A stretch of DNA of 54,855 bases from contig CAUYUJ010000208.1 in the NCBI GenBank assembly GCA_963575745.1, positions 62,001 through 116,855 on the forward strand. The letters are read 5' to 3'. The notes under the pieces are model-generated. The model ran no database searches, had not been told where the DNA came from, and saw only the letters and a program-made list of their open reading frames with translations. Origin of the DNA: Prorocentrum cordatum. Its lineage: Eukaryota. Below are positions 46,066 to 54,855 of this stretch, piece by piece. Position numbers and translations under genes: made by a program. The first letter of the stretch is position 1, and the number at the start of each line of letters is the position of its first letter.

Positions 46066-46795
46066 CCCGCCAGGGGTGGCACCCGCCAGGGGGGTTGCAC
46101 CCGCCAGGGGGGTTGCACCCGCCAGGGGGGTTGCACCCGCCAGGGGGGGTGCACCCGCCAGGGGGGTGGCACCCGCCAGGGGGGTGGCACCCGCCAGGGG
46201 GGTGGCACCCGCCAGGGGGGTGGCACCCGCCAGGGGGGTGGCACCCGCCAGGGGGGTGGCACCCCGCCAGGGGGGTGGCACCCGCCAGGGGGGTGGCACC
46301 CGCCAGGGGGGTGGCACCCGCCAGGGGGGTTGCACCCGCCAGGGGGGTTTGCACCCGCCAGGGGGGTGGCACCCGCCAGGGGGGTGGCGCCGCCAGGGGT
46401 GGACCCCCAGGGGGTGGCACCCGCCATGGGGGGTGGCAACCCGCCAGGGGGGTGGCACCCGCCAGGGGGGTGGCACCCGCCAGGGGGGGGCACCCGCCAG
46501 GGGGGTGCAACCCGCCAGGGGGGTGGCACCCGCCAGGGGGGTTGCACCCGCCAGGGGGGTTGCGCCCGCCAGGGGGGTTGCGCCCGCCAGGGGGGGTGGC
46601 ACCCGCCAGGGGGGTGGCACCCGCCAGGGGGGTGGCGCCCGCCAGGGGGGTGGCGCCCGCCAGGGGGGGGGCACCCGCCAGGGGGGTGGCACCCGCCAGG
46701 GGGGTGGCACCCGCCAGGGGGGTGGCACCCGCCAGGGGGGTGCACCCGCCAGGGGGGTTGCACCCGCCAGGGGGGTGCACCCGCCAGGGGGGTCA
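46066..46795. repeat. 18-bp G-rich minisatellite (CACCCGCCAGGGGGGTGG)n, ~40 copies
   Basis: Directly visible; 6-aa periodicity in all frames. It is preceded by GGTTC-rich repeats (45563-45750) and (GAG)n (45815-45955). Confidence 0.95.
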
Positions 46796-46946
46796 CGCCA
46801 AAGTCGCTGTCGCTGTCGCCGCCGCCGCCGCCGCCGCCACCGTCGCCGCCGCCGTCGCCGTCGCCGTCGCGGGTCGCCAGGGGGGTCGCCAGGGGGGCTG
46901 CCAGGAGGGTCGCCAGGGGCCCCCCCGGGGCTCCCCCGCGGCCCCC

Positions 46947-46978
<32 letters not shown>

Positions 46979-46985
46979 GACGCTT

Positions 46986-49498
46986 GCAGCAGGGACTGGA
47001 CACGCCCACATAACGCCCGAAGCACGGGGCGCCGATCGCAGCCGACCGCGACGCAAGTGCAGCGCGCCCGGAATCTGACGACATCGCCATGCCTTCCGCC
47101 GCGGGGTAGATGTGCCGACCGACAGAGTACCCTGACGGTAGTTGCCTTCAGATTTCGGATATTGTTGTGGCATCTTCAAATTCTGAAGTCGTGCCTGGCT
47201 CAAGATCTGCACCTTTCACCAGGGCGGGCCGTTTCTCTCCCTTCCGCCACGGGTCTGAAGTCGCGCCGAACTGTTGCAGGGTCAGCGAGCTGAAGCTGAG
47301 CCCCCTCGGCGGCCTGGCGGGGTCGCCCCTGCCCCCCCTTCCAGCCCCCTTCCTTGTATATGCGAAACACGCGCTTATATAAAAAAAGAAGCAGCCCGCG
47401 CGAGCCAGCGGGCCCAATCCTATGTGCAAAACCAAAATGAAACCATTCGATGACAACAAAAAACTAACGCGGCATCTCCCGCCGAAGTTTTGCCCCGAAC
47501 GCGTCTTCAACAAAATCAATCGCGCGTCGCGCGCGCCGCGCCCCATTCCCGCTGCGCGAGTGCCACTGTCGGAACGCTTTGCTTCCGCGCGGTGGCTTTT
47601 GTTTTCCACGAGTCAGCTGCGCAGCGCTCGACTTTCCGACGCGCCGGGTCCCGCAGGGAGGAAGCGCGCTATATGAATTGCATGGATTTCTCGCAAGGCG
47701 CCCGCGCGACGCTGCACTAATGCGCGCAGCTTTCGCGGCGTGCCAAGCGGGCTGCGAGGGCCGCCGCGCCTCTAAAAAACGGCGCGGACGCTCGACGTGA
47801 AAACCCGCGCCCGCCCGCGCCGCCTTGGCGCCCCAGCCGCGCCAGCCGCCCGGGCGCCGGCGCACCTCCATGCCCCTTCGGAGGCGCGCCGTCACACCAC
47901 CGACTTGCAACAGTTCGTTGCGCGCCTGACCCATCAGCGCCGTGGCCCCACTCGCCAATTACCCGCTGGCCTTCGCGCCGCATCCTTGGGCGCATGCCAG
48001 CCCCCCTGTGGGCCCACTGGTGGGGCGTCCTCCTCCCAGTTCGCCCCCTCCCACCCGCTGGCCTTCGCGCCGCCCCCCTGGCGCATGCCGCCCCACCTGT
48101 GGGCCCGCTGGCGGGGCGTCCTCCCCCCTGTTCGCCACCTCCCTCTCGCTCGCCCCCCCTCGCTCCGCGCCGCCAAGGCGCTGCCGGCCCCGCTGACGCC
48201 GCCAGCTGCCGACGCCCGCGCCGGCCCCGGGCCCAGTCCTGCCGCTCGCCGCTGGCGCCGTGGCCCCGTGGCTCCCAACGGGCCCGCGATGGGGTTGAGC
48301 AGCCTCGGATTTGAACCCGTCACGCACTCGTCACCCGAGACTTGTTTTTCCGCGCTGGGCCCCGCCGCCCCGGGCCCAGTTGTGCAGCGGCCGCCGCGCG
48401 CCGTGCGGCGGGCCCAGCCGACCCCCCCCCCCCCCTCTTGCATGGCGGCGCAATTCGCTCCGCCCATGCGTTTCATCGCCAGCGCAGTCGCCTACTGCCC
48501 AGCCGCCGACGCAACAGTTTTGTGCATGTATATACATGTATGCTTATAAATATACACACACGTATACCTATACGACCACCCTTCGGGCGATGAGGAGGTT
48601 CGGGGGCGGGGGGGCAGTGTCTCACTCGATCGGTCTCACTATCGATCTCACTATCGGTCTCGCTCGATCGATCTCACTCGATCGATCTCACAGTCGATCT
48701 CACTCGATCTATTGCATTCGTTCGATCTCACAATCGATCTGACTATTCACGATCGATCTCACATTCGGTCTCACTATCGCTATCACAGTCGATCTCACAA
48801 TCAACGTCAACACCACCATCATCAACATCAACGTCATCAACAGCATCATCACCGGGACACCAGCATCATCATCATCATCGGGACACCATCATCGTCACCA
48901 TCAGCATCATCAACATCATCCTCATCGGGACACCGTCATCATCATCAGCATCGGAACACCACCACCATCATCATGAACAACATGATCAGCAACATCATCA
49001 TCGGGACACGATCATGATCGTCTCCATCATCACCATCACCATCATCATCATCGGGGCACCGTCATAATCATCAACAACAGCATCATCATCGGGCCACCAT
49101 CATCACAATCATCATATTCACCTCATCATCAACATCACCATGATCGGGACACCATCATCGTCAACAGCATCATCAGCACAATCACAATCCTCATCGTGAC
49201 ACTATCGGCATCATCAGCACCATAAGCATCAACATCATCATCATCAATCCCATCATCACCATCATCATCGGGAGACCATCATTATCATCTTCCATCGCCA
49301 TCACCATCGGGACATCAATCATCAGCAACATCAGCATCATCAGCATCATCATCACCGGGACACCATCATCAGCACCACCAGCATCATCATCAGCATCGTC
49401 GTCAACAACATCATCATCATCACCATCGGGACACCATCATCACCACCACCACCATCATCACCACCACCATCATCATCATCATCAACAGCATCGACATC

Positions 49499-49529
<31 letters not shown>

Positions 49530-51008
49530 TCGGGACACCGGCGGGGCACCGCGCGGCACCAGACGCCCGAAGGGAATCATTTGGCCCGGCCGCGCCTCTG
49601 CCAGAGGCGGGACGCCGGCGGCGCACCGCGCGGCACCAGTTGCCGGAAGGGGATTATTTGGTTTGGCCACGCCTCAGCCACAGGAGACTTTCCTTTCGCC
49701 CGCCCACGCAGCTTCGCGCACGGCACGCACGAACACGAAACCGAAACCGATTTCCCGGCAGGGGGGCTCTCCGTTACACTTCGATCTCACCCCCTCACTT
49801 CCGATTTTCACGCCGTCTCCCAGCCATGCAGCTGCCCTCTGCCCGCGCGCGCACCTCGGGGCGGGGCCGGGTGGGCGCGGCGGTCAAGACAAATATTGTG
49901 ACCTTTCTTATTTGTATTGTGCTTTGTTGTAACATTAGGCGGCGTGCACGTTGCATCCTAACCTTGCCAGGGGCGGCAGTGGTGGGCGGACAGTTATGCC
50001 GACTCCTGCTCCTAGCTATTCTGCGGCGGGGTCTTTGCGGCGGGGTGTAGGGGTGGAACCCTCGAGCTTTAGTCTCGCGCAGCGGGGCGGCGGATGGGGG
50101 CACAGGCGTCATTTGCATGATCGATCCAATCCCCTTCCTATGTTCACTTTACTGGCCCAGGGAGTCGTGCACTCATTGCCGCGGCGAGCCGCCTCGATCG
50201 ACACCTCGAGGTCCCACGAGGGGCTGGAGCGTCGCCATCGTGCGTGCCAATTTTTTTTCGGGCCCGTCTTGATGTCGTGGTAGCCTGCAATCGCCTTGAT
50301 CATGCTCAGCTTGAGGTTCCCCGCGGTCTTGGACCCCTTGCCCAGGTCCATGCTGGCATGCACCGCAGCCTGGGCATCCTTGGCCGTCACCTCTAGCCTC
50401 TGCCTGAGCGTCTTCTTACCTGCAGCCACCGTTTAGGCGAGCTTTTTCTCGCCGTCCGCGCCCGCGATGCAGCCCTGTTTCCGATCGCTGCCACATTCGG
50501 TTGCTCTGGCCGCCTGGGCGCATCCCCCCCGCCAGTCGGCGGCGTCGGCGCAGGGGTTGCCAGGGCCGCAGGCGCCTCGAAGTCGGCAGTGTCGATCATG
50601 CGGCTGAACTCGTCGAAGCCGCCCTCGAGGTGCATGAGCTCGACCCTCTTGGCCATGGCATTGCACTTCATGAACGGCTGGTTGCCAGTGCGCTTCCTGC
50701 TTTGTGCGGCGCCAGGCAGCCCTTGGCGATATTTTCCCCGTGACGTAAGCGTCGGCATCGCCGCCTTCTCGTCGACTACGATCTTTCCGAACGGCTTGTA
50801 GCGCCCCCCGGATCGTCGATCGGTTCGCGTGCCCCTCCTTTTTGCGCTTCTTCTGTTGGTGCTTCTCCACATCCCCCGCCGCCCGTTTCAAGCGCGGTTA
50901 TTATATCGCCCCATAGTTCTTAGCATTGTCATATTATTCCTTCGTCCCCCCGTCGATATTCAGCATGTTGTCGCGCTGCTTTGGCGCGGCCTCCGACGCC
51001 ATCATTCA
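46986..51008 (+). repeat. Segmental duplication block Q'
   Basis: Copy of 41555-45551. Confidence 0.92.
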
Positions 51009-51627
51009 TGTTTAACGGCAGCTTCCTGGATGAAGCGCCATTGGCGCGCCCTCGCGGGGTTTGGCACCCCGCCCCATGTCGGAACTGCCGCAGGGGGATC
51101 GCCGAGGACGGGGCCTGCTAGACCTCTCGCGGGAGAAGTGAAAGAACGTTGCCCGCGCTTCGCCCCCCTCAACACGACTCAGAATGCCATCCCGCTCAAG
51201 GGCCAGCAAGCAGTTTGTTTCCAGGTGCATTTGCGCGCCCGCGCCCCTCTGGGCAGCACCCCGTCAGTTTCATTCCTCATTGTTTGCGGCGCCGGTCCCC
51301 TTGAGATTCTGCAGGTGTCCTTGCGATTCCTTTCGACCCTCCAGAGTTCCATGACATGCTTGGAGTTCCTTCTGATTCGCCCGCTGCTGTTGGTCTCCTG
51401 GCGGTTGTGCGGGGTTTTCCGTGGTCCCCGCAGAAGTCGCGGCGGCTCCGCAGCATTGAACGGGATTCCGTTGCAACCATCCCGCGGAGCACCCCCTCGG
51501 GCGGCGCGCCAGGGGGCCGGGGGGGCATTTGTTGGTGGGGGCGGTAGAGGCTCCGCGCAGATCGGCGCGCGCGGGGACAGCGCGTCTGCGTCGCGCCTAG
51601 CGGGGGCTTCGGAAAGCAGTTTTCGCT

Positions 51628-54600
51628 TTGGGATCTCGTGCCGCCAAGGGAGTGGAGCCTCGCTGCGCGATGTGGCGCGTGCTGGTGGCACGCGCGGAGC
51701 GGCGCGGCCGCGCCGCCTCGGCGAGGGCCTCGGTGCGCGATTTTCGCGCGGTGGCCTCGCTCCGCGAGCGGCAAGTCGCCGGGGCTCTCAGCGCGGCATT
51801 GGAGTGGTTGTCGAGAAGGGCGCATCGAGCTGCGCGGGGTTGCCAGCTTGGTATGCTCACTGCAGCGCGCGCAATGGCTTGCGCCCTGCTGGCGGGCGCA
51901 GCCACCGCGCAGCCTGTTTTCCCCGATGGGGCAGGTGCGATTATTGGCGGCGTGGCAGCCCAGCAGCGCGCGACGCCCGCGCTGGTCGCCGACGCCCGCG
52001 CCACGGTGCAACGCCTCGGGCGGGCCGCCGCTGCTCGTCTCGAGCATGACCTCGCGGCGTCGATATTGCGGGAAGAATTGAACGAGGACGGGCGGAGGGG
52101 CGCGCGCTGGTCTCGTGGCCGGCCGCGCGACGCAGGCGGCGTACACAATGGCCCACGTCCGAATTTTGCAGCGAGTCTTCGCTGGAGGGGGCCCCCGCGA
52201 CGTTACCAAGTGCACCGCTCCCTTGGGTTTTCGGCGCCTGTTTTCGCGCGTCGCGGACGACGCTGCCGGTGGCTGGCGTGACATGCTGAACGCTGCCGCC
52301 AGTCACCCTTGCAGTCCAGGTGCCCGCGCGAATGGGATCGAACCGCGGCGCTCGGCAGCGTCCGTTGAGCACGGTGGCCTGCTCCGCTCGGCGACTTGCA
52401 GTCGGGGGCGTGCTCTCCGCCGTCGGATTACGATGGCGCGACTGCATTTTGAGCAGGTGCGCCCCCTAGCGCGCTCGCGCGCGGCCTGCGCAGGATGGTG
52501 CGGCGACGTCGACGCGCGCGACATGTCGCCTGCAGAGATCGAGGCGCGCGCCGCTGGATGGGAGGCGCGGCTGTTTGCGTTGCCCCGTGGCAGTTTTGCG
52601 CAGGCATTTTCGTGGAAGTGCAAGGCATCGTGGCCGTGCGCAGCCCCGTGTAAGCTGGATTTCGGATCATGTCCAGTGGCTGGGCGGCGCGGTAGCTCAT
52701 CGGCGCGCGGCCGCGCGGGGTCGTGTATTTCGCAGGCGTGGAGGAGTCTAGGCAGCGGCGCGTGCGCGGCGCCCGCGGAATACAACGGCATGTGCAGGCG
52801 TTCGCGGCGGCGCGTGGCGCGCCGGCCGCGGTGGGCCCGCAGTTGCGCGCGCAGCCGCGCCGCTGATTTTTCGAACCAGACTGCGTCGCAGTAGGCGTCG
52901 TGGGCGGCGATGTGCGACGTCGCGTGGCTTGCCTTCGCCCTCGGGGCCAGTCGCTCGCGAATCGCGATTAGGATGCGTTGCTTCGCAGGCCGTGCGCGTG
53001 ATGACATTTTCCGCGTGGCTCGCCGCGACGAGCGCTGCCTCGCGGAGCTGGCGGAGGCGCGGGGCGGGGCGGGGCTGAACGCGCGAGCAGCGCTTACGAG
53101 GGACACGATGAATGACGCGCTACTTAGGCAGTTTGATTTAACGATTTGTCGTTGTGCACTAATACATAAAGCACATGGGTAGTGGATATATCCGAAAAAG
53201 CGAACACATGTTTTAGTGACTATTGGCCCTGCTCTGGTCACGGCCAGCAGGAGGGCTTGCCACGCGCGGGCCTTCTCGCGCCGGCCTTGGTCGCCCGCGC
53301 GCATGTCCGACTTTGCTTTCTTCGCTAATCGTCCGCTGCTAACCCATGCGCAAGGCTTTGGGAATCAATGGGGAACGGACGGCATGCATCAACTAGCGCT
53401 TCGGCCCGGGCACCGAACAAACCCGATGATGCTGTGCTCGATGGCGACTGGGGTTCTTTTCGTTGGTCCATGGAACGCGGCCCCGCTTGTTTGCCTGAGC
53501 GGGGGCCGGGAGGGCATGGGTCGATCGCCCAGCGCAGCTGGCCTCGCCCGCGACATCTGCATAGGGAAATGCACGCGGGTAACTATTCAGGCGCGCGCAG
53601 GCGGCGCGTGGCCGCGACCGCAGCAGGGATTGGACACGCCCACATAACGCCCGAAGCACGGGGCGCCGATCGCAGCCGACCGCGACGCAAGTGCAGCGCG
53701 CCCGGAATCTTACGACATCGCCATGCCTTGCCGCCGCGGGGTGGATGTGCCGACCGACAGAGTACCCTGACGGTAGTTGCCTTCAGATTTCGGATATTGT
53801 TGTGGCATCTTCAAATTCTGAAGTCGTGCCTGGCTCAAGATCTGCACCTTTCACCAGGGCGGGCCGTCTCTCTCCCTTCCGCCACGGGTCTGAAGTCGCG
53901 CCGAACTGTTGCAGGGTCAGCGAGCTGAAGCTGAGCCCCCTCGGCGGCCTGGCGGGGTCGCCCCTGCCGCAGGGCCCCTGCCCCCCCTTCCAGCCCCCTT
54001 CCTTGTATATGCGAAACACGCGCGCCCCCCCCAAAAACAAATATTGGAAATCAATAGTAATACATTTGTATGAAAAAAGAAGCAGCCCGCGCGAGCCAGC
54101 GGGCCCAATCCTATGTGCAAAACCAAAATGAAACCATTCCGACGACAAAAAACTAACGCGGCATCTCCCGCCGAAGTTTTGCCCCGAACGCGTCTTCAAC
54201 ACAATCAATCGCGCGTCGCGCGCGCCGCGCCCCATTCCCGCTGCGCGAGTGCCACTGTCGGAACGCTTTGCTTCCGCGCGGTGGCTCTTGTTTTCCACGG
54301 GCCAGCTGCGCAGCGCTCGTCTTTCCGACGCGCCGGGTCCCGCAGGGAGGAAGCGCGCTGTATGAATTGCATGGATTTCTCGCCAGACGCCCGCGCGACG
54401 CTGCACTAATGCGCGCAGCTTTCGCGGCGTGCCACGCGGGCTGCGAGGGCCGCCGCGCCTTTAAGATGCGGCGCGGACGCTCGACGTGAAAACCCGCGCC
54501 CGCCCGCGCCAGCCGCCCGGGCGCCGGCCGCCCGGGCGCCGGCGCACCTTCATGCCCCTTCGGAGGTGCGCCGTCACACCACCGACTTGCAACAGTTCGT

Positions 54601-54855
54601 TGCGCGCCTGACACATCAGCGCCGTGACCCCACTCGCCAATTACCCGCTGGCCTTCGCGCCGCCCCCCTGGCGCATGCCGCCCCACCTGTGGGCCCACTG
54701 GTGGGGCGTCCTCCTCCCTGTTCGCCCCCTCCCACCCGCTGGCCTTCGCGCCGCCCTCCTGGCGCATGCCGCCCCACCTGTGGGCCCGCTGGCGGGGCGT
54801 CCTCCTCCCTGATCGCCCCCTCCCTCTCGCTCGCCGCCCCTCGCTCCGCGCCGCC
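51628..54855 (+). repeat. Duplicate of 39581-~42770 (CPW-WPC gene plus the start of block Q)
   Basis: Colinear and near-identical; runs off the window end. Confidence 0.92.
51853..53001 (+). pseudogene. Second CPW-WPC copy with a nonsense mutation
   Basis: Near-identical to 39806-40954 (offset 12047), but AAG is changed to TAG at 52892-52894 in the second domain. Confidence 0.78.

Noticed and set aside
45487..47293. 340-520 aa repetitive ORFs open in several frames
   Set aside because: They are translations of a stop-free 18-bp minisatellite.

Overview
This is GC-rich eukaryotic DNA, very probably from a dinoflagellate. The evidence is dense 48-105 nt GC-AG/GT-AG/GA-AG introns, an 18/22 match to the dinoflagellate spliced leader, and an alveolate CPW-WPC gene. 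The main feature is a complete, apparently recently inserted tyrosine-recombinase (YR) retrotransposon at 3850-14495, with Ngaro/PAT-type split direct repeats (A1...B1-A2-B2). Its gag-like and RT-RNaseH genes are interrupted by about 17 spliceosomal-type introns, which is unexpected for an element that moves through an RNA intermediate. It is inserted through a 5-bp CTGTG core into the N-terminal coding region of a Helitron-like Rep-PIF1 helicase gene on the minus strand, and that gene is preceded by a spliced-leader-like sequence. A second, related, 5'-truncated YR element (26211-30524) shows the reciprocal pattern, with an intronless RT-RNaseH and an intron-containing YR; it serves as an internal alignment control for the intron calls. 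The rest of the window holds a multi-exon hypothetical gene, a TIR element inside a (TA)n tract, a truncated duplicate of the RT, a duplicated CPW-WPC gene, segmental duplications and many simple repeats. All splicing models were inferred by eye from sequence and need RNA confirmation.
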